DNA from: Methanobacteriota archaeon
GTDB lineage: Archaea; Thermoplasmatota; Poseidoniia; Poseidoniales; Thalassarchaeaceae
Assembly (NCBI GenBank): GCA_029977385.1
Contig: JAPOKZ010000002.1
Coordinates: 15,492-79,491 of the forward strand
Direction of reading: 5' to 3'
DNA length: 64,000 nt
Below, one piece after another: positions 35,992 to 45,840 of this stretch. Numbering within the stretch: position 1 is the stretch's first letter; every line of letters begins with the position of its first letter. The notes under the pieces were generated by a model that ran no database searches, was not told the DNA's origin, and saw nothing but the letters and a program-made list of their open reading frames with translations. The translations under genes and the position numbers were made by a program.

Positions 35992-36947
35992 AGTGACCAA
36001 GACTGGGTTATTCCACCTGCAATTCTGACTCTCAAGAATGTTGATCCACCTGTGAAGGTCGCAGTCAGGGTGTATTCTCCAGAAGGATATGGGATCGTAC
36101 CTAGGGTGCCCATCTCACTTGCTCCGGGCCCCCAAATCCTCTCAAGTACCGAAATTGACATATGGTCCCTCAAGGTAAAGGAGATGGATGATCCAGAGCC
36201 ACATTCTGCGTCGATGAAGTAGATCATCTCATCCCAGTCTCCATCGCTGGGGTGGTCACTAACGAGGAAAGTATCTCTGAACTCAATGTCATTCCCCGGG
36301 TCTTCCCAAGTTTCGCTGAATAGATCCCCTCCTCTGACAAAGTAGACGTCTCCGGTATGTCCAGAACCCGAGTCAGACAACATCATCCTAAGGTTAGAGT
36401 CTCCTGCAGGATTCTTCCACGTGAATGACTGGAAGAAGCCAATTTCGCTGTCGAAAACGTAATCCAGCCTCGAACCATCATCGGAGTTCGCAATTACTAC
36501 TGCTGTGCTTCCTGAAACATCCGAAACGAAGGCACTCCATTCTGTTGAGAAAAGGGTGAATGTCCATGGCTCTCCTTGCTTTAGGGGAAAGCTCAGTACT
36601 TGCTGTGGGGCGCCGTTTTCGAACGCACCAAGATCAGAATGCGTAATCCTCCCAAGGAATGGATTGTGGTTCAGTACGGCATGCCTCCTAGCCTCGGTAA
36701 GACTGGATATAGCTAGCATATACGCAGTCCCGTCCTCTTCACTCGTACTTGCTACTACCAGTCTCGCAGTGTCGTCACTGTAGTCTGGGGTTGAGAATGT
36801 GTACAGCCACCAGTCTCCCGTCTCCCATGTGGGCAGCTCAATCTCATTCGATCCACTTCCACTTACTCCTGAGGATCCTCCTGTACAACCGACAAGGGAG
36901 AAAGAAAGAATGACTACGACCATTGCCAACGCGCGATACCCGCTCAT
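35988..36947 (-). CDS. secreted lipoprotein-like protein, unknown function
   Basis: The signal peptide ends in a lipobox-like SLVGCTGG, and the body is beta-rich. I recognised no family. Confidence 0.5.
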   Translation of the reverse strand: MSGYRALAMVVVILSFSLVGCTGGSSGVSGSGSNEIELPTWETGDWWLYTFSTPDYSDDTARLVVASTSEEDGTAYMLAISSLTEARRHAVLNHNPFLGRITHSDLGAFENGAPQQVLSFPLKQGEPWTFTLFSTEWSAFVSDVSGSTAVVIANSDDGSRLDYVFDSEIGFFQSFTWKNPAGDSNLRMMLSDSGSGHTGDVYFVRGGDLFSETWEDPGNDIEFRDTFLVSDHPSDGDWDEMIYFIDAECGSGSSISFTLRDHMSISVLERIWGPGASEMGTLGTIPYPSGEYTLTATFTGGSTFLRVRIAGGITQSWSL

Positions 36948-36998
36948 GGCATACGCTAGAGCTGACCTGTCAAGAGTCTGACGCTCTTTGGTTTAGCC

Positions 36999-39080
36999 TC
37001 AAAGAGCCCCTAGCTCCCCACCTTTCGTCAGCATTCCAGCGATTACAACGCTGACGATACTCATCAGTTTGATCAGGATGTTCAGGGATGGGCCACTAGT
37101 GTCCTTGAATGGGTCTCCAATGGTATCGCCCACCACAGCAGCACCATGGGCTTCGTCGCCCTTTGCAGCGCCCTCTATGTGTCCTTGCTCTATTGCCTTC
37201 TTGGCATTGTCCCAAGCCCCTCCTGCATTTGCCATGAAAAGGGCCATCAGAACACCGCTAGCTGTTGCACCTGCCAGGGTTCCGCCCAGTGCTGCGCTAC
37301 CCAGTAGTAAACCAATTACTACCGGACTCGAAACGGCCACTACGCCTGGCATCACCATTTCCCTAAGAGCCGCCTTGGTGGAGATATCCACGCAGGTGGC
37401 ACTGTCTGGCTCAACTCCCTCTCGACCCTCTAGAAGTCCGTCTATTTCCTTGAACTGCCTCCTTATCTCGGTGATCATGTCTTCGGCTGCTCTTCCAACT
37501 GACTTCATCGTCATCGCCGCGACCACGAATGGTAGTGCAGCACCGATTAGTAGTCCTATTACTACCATAGGCTCCGTCAGACTCAGATCCTCCGCCTCAA
37601 GGTTAGCACTTGTCTTGAAGGCGGCGAAAAGAGCCAGTGCAGTCAATGCCGCACTTCCAATTGCGAATCCCTTGCCGATTGCTGCGGTTGTGTTCCCGAT
37701 CGAGTCGAGCCCATCTGTGATTTCTCTGACATCATCCCCCAGGCCTGACATCTCTGCAATTCCTCCAGCGTTGTCTGCTACTGGGCCATAGGCATCCACA
37801 GTCATGGTTACGCCAACTGTACCCAGCATCCCCATTGCTGCCATTGCAATCCCGTAAAGACCTAGTTCCCCGCCTCCCATGACGTGATTGGCCCCGAAGA
37901 TTCCCGCTGCCATCAGTAAAACTGGGAGGAATACAGATTGCATTCCTACTGCTAGCCCAGCTATTGCATTGGTTGCACTCCCGGTCTTGCTCGCTTCCCC
38001 AATGTAGGGGATGGCCTTTACCTTGAAGAAGAATACATCTTCAATTCCGGTGTAGTACTCAGTAACTAGTCCAATTAGAATTCCAACTAGAGAGCCTATG
38101 GCGACGGCTTGGATTACTGTTGTTGGCAGATCGAGATATTCTAGGACTAAGTAGCCTCCACCGATGAAAAGTGCAGCGGCTATGAATGTGGTATTCCTTA
38201 GTGCTGCTCCAGGATCCATATTCTGCATCGCAGTAATGGAGAATACTCCAATAATCGAAGCGATGTACCCGACCACAGCCAGTACGATTGGAATCATCAG
38301 GTAGTCCGCTGAAACATCGGCATTATCCATTGCAGCTGCAATTACCATTGCTGCGATAATGCTACCTACGAATGATTCGAAGATATCAGCTCCCATTCCC
38401 GCAACGTCTCCGACGTTATCTCCGACGTTGTCCGCAATAACGCCAGGGTTCCTTGGGTCATCCTCGGGAATTCCCGCCTCAACCTTGCCGACAAGATCCG
38501 CACCAACGTCTGCAGCCTTGGTGTAGATGCCGCCTCCAACTCTCGCGAAAAGTGCTATCGAAGAGGCCCCCATTCCGAATCCAGCAATGTTTTCCACTGT
38601 CAGGAACTCGGTTTGAGTTAGGTAGTACATCAGTGAGATTCCGGCTAGCCCCAATCCTCCAACTGCCAGACCCATCACTGCACCCCCATTGTATGATGTG
38701 GTTAGTGCGGCTGATTGGCCACCATCAGCAGCAGCCTGTGCAGTTCGGCCATTTGCGCTAGTTGCAGAGCGCATTCCAGAGAATCCTGCAGCCACGCTGC
38801 AGAGCGCCCCTATGATGAATGCGATCATGGTCTCCATACCGAGACCATTTTCCTCCCCCCCAAGGAGAAGTGCTATTGCCACGATAACAATGAAACCGGA
38901 TAGTAACCGATATTCTGCCCAAAGGAAAGCCATCGCACCATCATAGATTCTCTCAGTAATCTTAGCCACTGTCTCGTTTTCGATCTTTATTGAATTCACC
39001 TTATTGTAAAGGAAATATGCAACAACAAGCCCGAATAGACCCGCTGCAATCCCTATCATCCCTAGTTGTTCTCCATCCAT
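36999..39080 (-). CDS. hppA: membrane-bound proton/sodium-translocating pyrophosphatase
   Basis: The 693-aa polytopic ORF has [28 protein letters not shown], and [17 protein letters not shown] signatures. Confidence 0.95.
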   Translation of the reverse strand: MDGEQLGMIGIAAGLFGLVVAYFLYNKVNSIKIENETVAKITERIYDGAMAFLWAEYRLLSGFIVIVAIALLLGGEENGLGMETMIAFIIGALCSVAAGFSGMRSATSANGRTAQAAADGGQSAALTTSYNGGAVMGLAVGGLGLAGISLMYYLTQTEFLTVENIAGFGMGASSIALFARVGGGIYTKAADVGADLVGKVEAGIPEDDPRNPGVIADNVGDNVGDVAGMGADIFESFVGSIIAAMVIAAAMDNADVSADYLMIPIVLAVVGYIASIIGVFSITAMQNMDPGAALRNTTFIAAALFIGGGYLVLEYLDLPTTVIQAVAIGSLVGILIGLVTEYYTGIEDVFFFKVKAIPYIGEASKTGSATNAIAGLAVGMQSVFLPVLLMAAGIFGANHVMGGGELGLYGIAMAAMGMLGTVGVTMTVDAYGPVADNAGGIAEMSGLGDDVREITDGLDSIGNTTAAIGKGFAIGSAALTALALFAAFKTSANLEAEDLSLTEPMVVIGLLIGAALPFVVAAMTMKSVGRAAEDMITEIRRQFKEIDGLLEGREGVEPDSATCVDISTKAALREMVMPGVVAVSSPVVIGLLLGSAALGGTLAGATASGVLMALFMANAGGAWDNAKKAIEQGHIEGAAKGDEAHGAAVVGDTIGDPFKDTSGPSLNILIKLMSIVSVVIAGMLTKGGELGAL

Positions 39081-39157
39081 AGTTACACCATCAGTTCGGC
39101 TCGCCGAATCGAGTGCTCTATTTAATCCAAATCCAATTGCAAAACTACCTTTGCTGT

Positions 39158-40135
39158 TTAGTCAATATTTGAATGTACAACCGAGGCAAACGAATTCAGG
39201 ACCCCTGCTCCGTCGTGTTCCCTTTGGAATGAGGCCATTTCTTCCTCAGAAATGTGGCCCCATTCGAATGCTCTTTCCACCCTAGCTTTGGCTGCTTCGG
39301 GGTGAAACTGGACCCCCCAGGCCGGAAGTCCAGCCCCATCTTCTCCTAAAACCCGAACCGCGGTAACTCTGTTGTGTTCAGCCGAACCAAGTAGCAAGCA
39401 ACTCTCTGGAACTGTCGTAACATGGTCTTGATGGGAGTATAACGCCACGGGGGCCCCGCCCTCGCCGCTTCCTCTGGTGGAAAATAACTCGTCAGATGAG
39501 CCATGTGAATTTAGTGCAAGTTCCCAGACTCCGCTGGACATTGACTCTGCTCTTTCTATTCTGCCTCCAAGAGAGTGACATAGAAGTTGGTGACCAAAGC
39601 AGATTCCCAGAGTTGGGATGCCCATTCTAGATGAGCACCTCATCAGCGCCCCTCCTCCACTCATCCACTCTTCCCACATCGTAACGTTTCTCCTCGATCC
39701 ACTACAGACTACAGCATCAGGCTCAATGGTTCGAATCCAATCCTCAGTCTTTTCATCATCTCCGTGTAAGGGCATTGCTATCCTTCTGAAGACCACCTCA
39801 TTACCATGCATCTCCATGAAACACTCTTCCCAGAATGGATACTCGTAGTCCCATTTAGGAACGTCATCCTCCGAAATTTCCACCAGCCCTTCCTCTTGAG
39901 CCCGTAAACCCGCTTCATCTGATTGCATTTGCGGCGTCACGAGGAGAACCTCAACCGCCCCCATCTCCGCAATTGGCTGTATCACCTCTTGATTGCCACC
40001 ATGCCCAAACTCAGATCTTTCTACCAAGAGGTCGATTAGTATGACTCGCGTAACCCTGTCCACGTCACTCCGAAGAGGCAATTCTTTGAAAGACTCCCGC
40101 CCTCTAGGAGGGGGTAACATATGGTCGACAAACAA
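39158..40135 (-). CDS. class I glutamine amidotransferase-domain protein with about 110-aa N-terminal extension
   Basis: It has the nucleophile elbow GICFGHQLL and a QFHPE motif. An alternative ATG lies at 40120. Confidence 0.7.
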   Translation of the reverse strand: MFVDHMLPPPRGRESFKELPLRSDVDRVTRVILIDLLVERSEFGHGGNQEVIQPIAEMGAVEVLLVTPQMQSDEAGLRAQEEGLVEISEDDVPKWDYEYPFWEECFMEMHGNEVVFRRIAMPLHGDDEKTEDWIRTIEPDAVVCSGSRRNVTMWEEWMSGGGALMRCSSRMGIPTLGICFGHQLLCHSLGGRIERAESMSSGVWELALNSHGSSDELFSTRGSGEGGAPVALYSHQDHVTTVPESCLLLGSAEHNRVTAVRVLGEDGAGLPAWGVQFHPEAAKARVERAFEWGHISEEEMASFQREHDGAGVLNSFASVVHSNID

Positions 40136-40396
40136 CTCATCCTTGACTCAGTCGGACCTGTCCAGGCTGTTCTAGACGCTCATGATGGAGTGGTAAATGT
40201 GGTTGATACTACTGATGGGGTGATAATGATATCATTGGAGGGTGGCTGTACCGGTTGTAGCGCAACTCCCATGACCGCCATGCAGATTTACTACTCTCTG
40301 ATGAAACTAGATGAGGTTCAGGATGTAGTTTTCGTTAACGGGGAGCTTCCAGACTACATGCGTTCTTTCATCAATGACAAACTAAATTCAGAGTAA
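40121..40396 (+). CDS. NifU-like (Nfu C-terminal domain) Fe-S cluster protein
   Basis: The 91-aa ORF has the pattern ..VLDAHDGVVNVVD..DGVIMISLEGGCTGCSATPMT (CxxC). Confidence 0.7.
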   Translation: MVDKQLILDSVGPVQAVLDAHDGVVNVVDTTDGVIMISLEGGCTGCSATPMTAMQIYYSLMKLDEVQDVVFVNGELPDYMRSFINDKLNSE

Positions 40397-40729
40397 CTAA
40401 TCCTCATCTCTTCGTGCCTTGATTATACTGTGAGGGTTCGACTCTCCTTGGACGTCTTTCCCCTTTATGTTCATCACCGACGCAATGGCCATCATCACCG
40501 CTATCACTGCAAATGGCCTTGCAATGTTCTTTGAACCCCATATTTCTCCTCCTGAATAGTGCAATACGAAAAGAAGTGCTGCGGAAGATAGGCAAATCAC
40601 AGAGATCATCCTCTGGGCTATTATCTCGCTCCTAGTTGTCTTTGATAGAGAACCTATCGCCATCCAGAGGAAAGTAGCCAGGCCACATAGACTCAGAGAG
40701 GCAGTCTCGGCCAACTCTAGATATTCCAC
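40397..40729 (-). CDS. small membrane protein, unknown function
   Basis: The 110-aa ORF has three hydrophobic helices. I recognised no family. Confidence 0.4.
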   Translation of the reverse strand: MEYLELAETASLSLCGLATFLWMAIGSLSKTTRSEIIAQRMISVICLSSAALLFVLHYSGGEIWGSKNIARPFAVIAVMMAIASVMNIKGKDVQGESNPHSIIKARRDED

Positions 40730-40807
40730 GTGAAGACCCGATGAGAGGTGGTTTGAGTATGTTATGATTAATCAACAAGCCAATATATTGCACTATTATG
40801 GGCATTT

Positions 40808-41197
40808 ATGGGAATATCGCCCCGATCTAGGTGGTCCAATCGCGATGAATCATCATACAAGGAGCAGAGATTAGGAAACAAATCTGGAATTAGGCCTAGA
40901 ACGAGTAAATGGGCCGAGCCATTCGCAGACGCTTCTGCATCAATGCTAATTGTTGGGCAGTTGACAAGCCTGGTAACATTGGTAATGATGCATGCAGGAA
41001 AATCTCCCGATTCAGGATCTTTGGAGAATACCTCATGGGTACTAGGAGAATCGGCATTTCTGGTGGCCGGCGGCTTCGGAATCATCTCATTCCTCTGTTT
41101 ATTCAAAGTATCCTTTTCCCGAAAAGCCCCTAGGAGGAGGAAGAGGATGGCTAGAATTTGGCTACTATCTTTCCTCCTTTCGACACAACTGACTTGA
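40808..41197 (+). CDS. hypothetical small membrane protein (uncertain; a competing ORF lies on the opposite strand)
   Basis: The 129-aa ORF has two hydrophobic segments and a basic tail. It competes with the 40768-41235 minus-strand ORF, and I cannot decide between them by eye. Confidence 0.25.
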   Translation: MGISPRSRWSNRDESSYKEQRLGNKSGIRPRTSKWAEPFADASASMLIVGQLTSLVTLVMMHAGKSPDSGSLENTSWVLGESAFLVAGGFGIISFLCLFKVSFSRKAPRRRKRMARIWLLSFLLSTQLT

Positions 41198-41229
41198 GTG
41201 CCTAAGTACTCCGGAGGCTGGTAACCACC

Positions 41230-42093
41230 ATGCATCCAGCAACCAATGCAACTTTTGCAATCTCAGGATCTCTTCTATTCATTGGAATCCTCTTCTTAGG
41301 TACTGGGACCCCAATTCCTCTTCTCGACTCGACTGATGATGATTCGGAGGTACAGTTCTTCTTCTCTGGAACAGAGACAAACCTATCGTTCGAGCAAACA
41401 GACTCCGGGTCCAACAATGGATGGGCCGTTTACACCTATGGGTCGTATAACGACTCGGATGGAGATGGTCGGTGGGACGATTGCTTTTCAGTCGAGATTT
41501 CACTTCTGAATGAATCGGGAGAGGACTTCCATTACCCAGCTTGTGAAGTTTCCACTCAAAGGGAAGATATCGCCGATATGATATACATAGGCCAGCTTTG
41601 CTTCGATCCAAACAACTCTTCCTCTCCTAGCTGTAGTGACGGCAACTACTCTATGGAGTCAAGCCGATTTGTTAGAATTTCCCAAGAGTTCGAAAAACCG
41701 GACGTTTCCATATTGTCCTCAATTGCCGGTTGGTTCAGAGAAGGGCTAGTTTCCGGGGTCTCCCTAATTTGTGGAGGGTTAATGTTGTTTTCACTCGCGA
41801 TGCTACTCGCAATAGCCCTGCCGGATCCCTCGGAAGAACCAGTAAAAAAGAAGAGAAGCGGGCCAACCGCAGAATGGCGGGCATACTCCCTATCTGGACA
41901 GGAGAGGGGGGATGATGGCATGCCCAAGGCATTCAGCAGACATTCCGAGAGGAAGGATCTCTTTAGGAAGCCCAGGAAGGGAAATGTAATCGGTGGCGTC
42001 CATAAGTCAGGCGGATTGTATCTGGAGGGGTGGAAGTCGGAAGACTCAGATGCTGCATACAAGAAAAAAGTGGAAGATAAAAGGGGAAAATGA
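41230..42093 (+). CDS. membrane protein with a Cys- and Asp-rich outer domain, unknown function
   Basis: It has an N-terminal TM/signal anchor, an acidic cysteine-containing outer domain of about 150 aa, a second TM helix and a basic cytoplasmic tail. Confidence 0.5.
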   Translation: MHPATNATFAISGSLLFIGILFLGTGTPIPLLDSTDDDSEVQFFFSGTETNLSFEQTDSGSNNGWAVYTYGSYNDSDGDGRWDDCFSVEISLLNESGEDFHYPACEVSTQREDIADMIYIGQLCFDPNNSSSPSCSDGNYSMESSRFVRISQEFEKPDVSILSSIAGWFREGLVSGVSLICGGLMLFSLAMLLAIALPDPSEEPVKKKRSGPTAEWRAYSLSGQERGDDGMPKAFSRHSERKDLFRKPRKGNVIGGVHKSGGLYLEGWKSEDSDAAYKKKVEDKRGK

Positions 42094-42094
42094 C

Positions 42095-42250
42095 TCAAAG
42101 CAGCAGAGGAACGAGAATCATAAGTATCCCCACCATCACGATTACTCCTATTGACCTGATCAGAAGTCCGAATATCGAATCTAGAACCATGCCGCTGTAG
42201 GGCTTTCGAGCCTTTCTCACGTAGACCGGAGAAACCTCTTCTTCATCCAT
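42095..42250 (-). CDS. unlisted 51-aa tail-anchored membrane peptide (below the 60-aa ORF-track cutoff)
   Basis: My reading of the minus strand gives MDEEEVSPVYVRKARKPYSGMVLDSIFGLLIRSIGVIVMVGILMILVPLLL-stop. It fills the gap between nadE and the convergent gene and begins 9 nt after the nadE stop. Confidence 0.3.
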   Translation of the reverse strand: MDEEEVSPVYVRKARKPYSGMVLDSIFGLLIRSIGVIVMVGILMILVPLLL

Positions 42251-42259
42251 AACCTAGCC

Positions 42260-43036
42260 TCAATCATCCGGATACAATTTGAAAACCGGAATCGGATTCA
42301 TTTTATGCGAATTTGATTTATTCAGCCTCTGGTAGATGTCCAAGACCTTCCTTTCGCGTTCAGATAAATCCTTATCGCTAGGAAATTCCGATTCCTTCAT
42401 GGCCCACTCTAACTCTTCGTATGAGGCGCCTAACTGCTCTTCATCCGATCTTCCATCTCCCCACAGTCCGTCAGTAGGGGCTGCTTGAATTATTTCTTCG
42501 ATGATATCCAATTCGTGTGCAAGGAAGTATACCTCAGTCTTGAGTAAATCCGCAATCGGAGATATATCTACTCCTCCATCACCATATTTTGTGTAAAAAC
42601 CAACTCCGAAATCTTCTACTTTGTTGCCTGTCCCTACCACCATTCCTCCGTTAGAACCAGCAGTTGCGTACAAGGCAGTCATTCGAAGTCGGGCACGAGA
42701 GTTTGCCAGTGCTAAATCGGAAACTTCATTCTTTGAAATCGACTCTACAAAACTGTCATACGTCCCTGAAAGGTTGAGTATCCTTTCCTCTACGTTGTCA
42801 AAATTGTCCTTTAGCCAAGAGATATGTTTCATGGACAAATCGTTCTGCTGTGTTTTTTGATGAATAGGCATATTCACCGCTATCGTGCGGATCCCAGTTC
42901 GTGCTGAGAGAGTTGAGGTCACTGCAGAATCCACTCCTCCCGATACACCAACAATTAGCGACCGGATATTATTTTCCTGAGCATAGTCCGAAATCCAACT
43001 GGTTATTTCTTCCGCCAAGGCATTCCAATTCCGCAT
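42260..43036 (-). CDS. nadE: NH3-dependent NAD+ synthetase
   Basis: It has the PP-loop LIVGVSGGVDSAV and the segment GTGNKVEDFGVGFYTKYGDGG. Confidence 0.9.
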   Translation of the reverse strand: MRNWNALAEEITSWISDYAQENNIRSLIVGVSGGVDSAVTSTLSARTGIRTIAVNMPIHQKTQQNDLSMKHISWLKDNFDNVEERILNLSGTYDSFVESISKNEVSDLALANSRARLRMTALYATAGSNGGMVVGTGNKVEDFGVGFYTKYGDGGVDISPIADLLKTEVYFLAHELDIIEEIIQAAPTDGLWGDGRSDEEQLGASYEELEWAMKESEFPSDKDLSERERKVLDIYQRLNKSNSHKMNPIPVFKLYPDD

Positions 43037-43047
43037 GTGGGTCCCTC

Positions 43048-43263
43048 CTAAATTTCAATCGCATGATAACCTGTCGAGTTAACTATCTCTATTACTCGGT
43101 CAATAGAAACATCACTCAAAGTAGTGATGTATCCTTTGCCCGTTTCATGAGATATATCAGCATCAATAACCCACAAGGCTTTGTTGAGGACTGTAGTGAC
43201 TCTTTTTGAGCATCCGCCACACGTCATCCCGTTAATCTTCAACTTGTGCACAATTTCTGCCAT
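43048..43263 (-). CDS. copZ: heavy-metal-associated copper chaperone
   Basis: The 71-aa HMA fold carries GMTCGGC. Confidence 0.85.
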   Translation of the reverse strand: MAEIVHKLKINGMTCGGCSKRVTTVLNKALWVIDADISHETGKGYITTLSDVSIDRVIEIVNSTGYHAIEI

Positions 43264-43313
43264 AATCCATGCAATTTCGCATTTGATTTTAATTATCGTA
43301 TTCTACGTGTGGG

Positions 43314-45575
43314 TTAGGTAGGCTCCCATCTCCTGAGCAGAAGAGAATTTCCAACCACGCTTACTGAAGACAGCGACATCGCCGCAGCAGCGAATGCAGG
43401 CGGTAACAATTCTCCAGTCCATGGATAAAATAAGCCCATTGCAATAGGGATGCCAATCAGGTTGTAAAGAAACGCCCAAACTAAATTACTCCTTATTTTG
43501 TTCATCGTTGCCCTCCCTAAATCCAATGCTGCAACTGCATCAGATAGGTCATTTCGAATTAGAACTATGTCCGCACTCTCTAGAGCAATCTCACTCCCCG
43601 AACCCATTGCTATTCCTACGTCTGCAACTGCTAGAGCCGCTGCATCGTTTATGCCGTCTCCAATCATGGCAACCGTTCCACCCTTCTGTAAATCCAGAAT
43701 TGCATCGGCCTTTTCATGAGGCTTAACCTCCGATATCACTCTGTCAATTCCAACTGTAGCCGCTATTGTACTCGCGACCTCTTCTCTGTCGCCTGTCAAC
43801 ATCACTACTTCGATTCCATTTTTTTGCAGTGCCGCTACGGAAGACTCAGAATTCTCACGGATTTCATCTGCTACCTCAATATACCCCAATATCTCTTTCT
43901 CTTCAGAGACAAGAATTACAGTTCTTCCCAGTGTAGATCTTGTTCCAATCTCCTCTTCGATTCCTTCTGGCATCCCAACCCCTAACTGCTCCATCATCGC
44001 TAGATTCCCAACTCCAACAATAGCTCCGTTCATAACGCCGGATAAACCCATTCCTGGGAATGTCCTAATAGCGTCAATTTTGTATCTTTCACATCCATAT
44101 TCAGTTGATGCAGAGTTTATTGCACTAGCAATTGGGTGGGTTGACTCGTATTCTAAACCGGAGGATATTGATAGAATCTTTTCCCTACTACCTCGCAAAA
44201 CATTGATTCCGCTAACTCTGGGTCTTCCAGAGGTTATGGTTCCGGTCTTGTCCATAACCACTATACTGGTCGAATGTGATTTCTCCAATGCAGATATTCC
44301 CTTGATCAATAAACCCTGGGAGGCCCCCGTGCCAGTCCCCACGACCAAGGCAGTTGGCGTTGCAAGCCCTAAAGCACATGGGCAAGCTATCACGAGTGTA
44401 CTGACCAATACCATGACAGATATCTCTGCCGCTGACATGGCTGAACCAGGCGCAAACTTGTCCGCATAGATTAGCCAGAATGAGGAAGCAATTATGGCTG
44501 CAAACATAACTGTAGGTACGAAGACTCCCGATACCCGATCAACTAATCTTTGAATCGGTGCTTTCCCCATTTGCGCTTCTTCAACTAACTGGATTACCTT
44601 TGAAAGCATAGTTTCATGAACGAGTGAAGTAGTTCTAGCCAGCAAAGTCCTGTCCATTACGATAGTTCCCGCAACAACTTTGTCACCAGGCCCTTTTGAA
44701 ACTGGGGTGGACTCTCCAGTCATCATCGACTCGTCTATCATGCCGATTCCATCTTCTATCGTTCCGTCTAACGGAACGGTCTCGCCCGCCAGTATCTTGA
44801 CTAGCGAACCCTTTGGAACTAAATCCACTATTTTCTCTTGAATTTCTCCATCATCTGTTACCAATCTAGCATTTCTCGGCTGGAGCTTCATTAGCCCGTG
44901 AATGGAGTCCGTAGCCTTCAGTTTGGCTCTTGATTCTAAGTATCCTCCTAACAAGACAAATGAGATAATGAACGATGAGCCATCGAAATAAACGTGATCC
45001 GACTCTCCCAGAAAATTCGGTAACGCCGAAATAATGGGGGCGAGAGTGACAGAGCATGACCAAAGCATGGCCACAGAAGTGCCGATATGGACTAATACAT
45101 CCATGTTAGCGATTCTATTAGCGATTGATTTCCATGCACCTAGATGAAATTCTAATCCGCAGTAAAAGTAAACAAATGTTGATAGAATCATCGCAAGAAA
45201 AAGACGGGTGTTCAATGAATTCCACTCCCCAAAATCATCTTCCATCATAGTCAACCAAAAAATAGCACACGAAAGGGAGAGTGAAATAATCACTCGCGTA
45301 AGTTGCTTTGAGACTTCTTCTTCTTTCTTCCTTCTGACTTTCAGAGCTGGGATTAACTCCATCGCACCAAAACCAGCACCAGTTATCGCATCCACACATT
45401 CTTTAATTTCGGACTCTGAAAATCGCTCAGGAAATGATATAGTCGCTCTTTCTAATGTCAGATTCACTTCAGCCTTAGTGATTGACTCAATTCCAGATAG
45501 CACCCGCTCAACGGATGAAGCACACGCCGCACATGTCATTCCCGTAACACTTAGTGTTAATTTGCGATCATCCAT
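43314..45575 (-). CDS. copA: copper-translocating P1B-type ATPase
   Basis: It has an N-terminal HMA domain (GMTCAACASSVE), a TM CPC motif (ACPCALGLATP), the phosphorylation site DKTGTIT, and GDGINDAAAL. Confidence 0.95.
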   Translation of the reverse strand: MDDRKLTLSVTGMTCAACASSVERVLSGIESITKAEVNLTLERATISFPERFSESEIKECVDAITGAGFGAMELIPALKVRRKKEEEVSKQLTRVIISLSLSCAIFWLTMMEDDFGEWNSLNTRLFLAMILSTFVYFYCGLEFHLGAWKSIANRIANMDVLVHIGTSVAMLWSCSVTLAPIISALPNFLGESDHVYFDGSSFIISFVLLGGYLESRAKLKATDSIHGLMKLQPRNARLVTDDGEIQEKIVDLVPKGSLVKILAGETVPLDGTIEDGIGMIDESMMTGESTPVSKGPGDKVVAGTIVMDRTLLARTTSLVHETMLSKVIQLVEEAQMGKAPIQRLVDRVSGVFVPTVMFAAIIASSFWLIYADKFAPGSAMSAAEISVMVLVSTLVIACPCALGLATPTALVVGTGTGASQGLLIKGISALEKSHSTSIVVMDKTGTITSGRPRVSGINVLRGSREKILSISSGLEYESTHPIASAINSASTEYGCERYKIDAIRTFPGMGLSGVMNGAIVGVGNLAMMEQLGVGMPEGIEEEIGTRSTLGRTVILVSEEKEILGYIEVADEIRENSESSVAALQKNGIEVVMLTGDREEVASTIAATVGIDRVISEVKPHEKADAILDLQKGGTVAMIGDGINDAAALAVADVGIAMGSGSEIALESADIVLIRNDLSDAVAALDLGRATMNKIRSNLVWAFLYNLIGIPIAMGLFYPWTGELLPPAFAAAAMSLSSVSVVGNSLLLRRWEPT

Positions 45576-45759
45576 CGCGAACCTCCCGTTTAGAACAACA
45601 CTCCGTTAATTGCCATTCTCCTGCATCCAGAGAAACACACCCACATCCGCAGGTGCACATCCAGCCCACGGAATCCCACCCCTTTCCACCATCGGAACGA
45701 GAGTAAATTCGCTTCATTTTACAGCCACAGTCACAAGCCTTTGCCGGTATTCTAGGCAT
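45568..45759 (-). CDS. small cysteine-rich protein heading the copper operon (possible metal-binding or sensor protein)
   Basis: The 63-aa ORF (from the ATG at 45759) has CxCxC, then 21 residues, then CxCxCxC, plus a CC pair. Its stop overlaps the copA start (ATGGATGA). A TATA-like element lies about 27 nt upstream. The ORF is open to a TTG at 45783. Confidence 0.5.
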   Translation of the reverse strand: MPRIPAKACDCGCKMKRIYSRSDGGKGWDSVGWMCTCGCGCVSLDAGEWQLTECCSKREVRDG

Positions 45760-45782
45760 TGTTCTCCCGATTATTGTAGTCA

Positions 45783-45789
45783 ATATAAA
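45783..45789 (-). promoter_or_regulatory. putative TATA box (TTTATAT on the minus strand) for the copper operon
   Basis: It is centred about 27 nt upstream of the ATG at 45759, within the AT-rich divergent spacer shared with ileS. Confidence 0.35.
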
Positions 45790-45840
45790 TACTATTATTG
45801 ACTACATAAAATAATTTTATCCAAAAAAGAGATATAAATT

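Noticed and set aside
37069-37791. 240-aa ORF antisense to the pyrophosphatase gene
   Set aside because: It is embedded in hppA. The Ala/Ser/Pro-rich low-complexity translation is characteristic of the reverse frame of a Gly/Ala-rich membrane protein gene.
40434-40444. GGGTTCGACTC resembling a tRNA T-arm
   Set aside because: The flanking bases do not form a T-stem or an acceptor stem, and the site lies inside or at the junction of protein-coding ORFs. I found no tRNA anywhere in the window.
40768-41235. 155-aa minus-strand ORF as the gene in the 40.7-41.2 kb gap
   Set aside because: This is not firmly rejected. It would overlap the divergent gene's start at 41230 and lacks clear features. 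The plus-strand alternative is listed with low confidence, and the ambiguity is reported as a finding.
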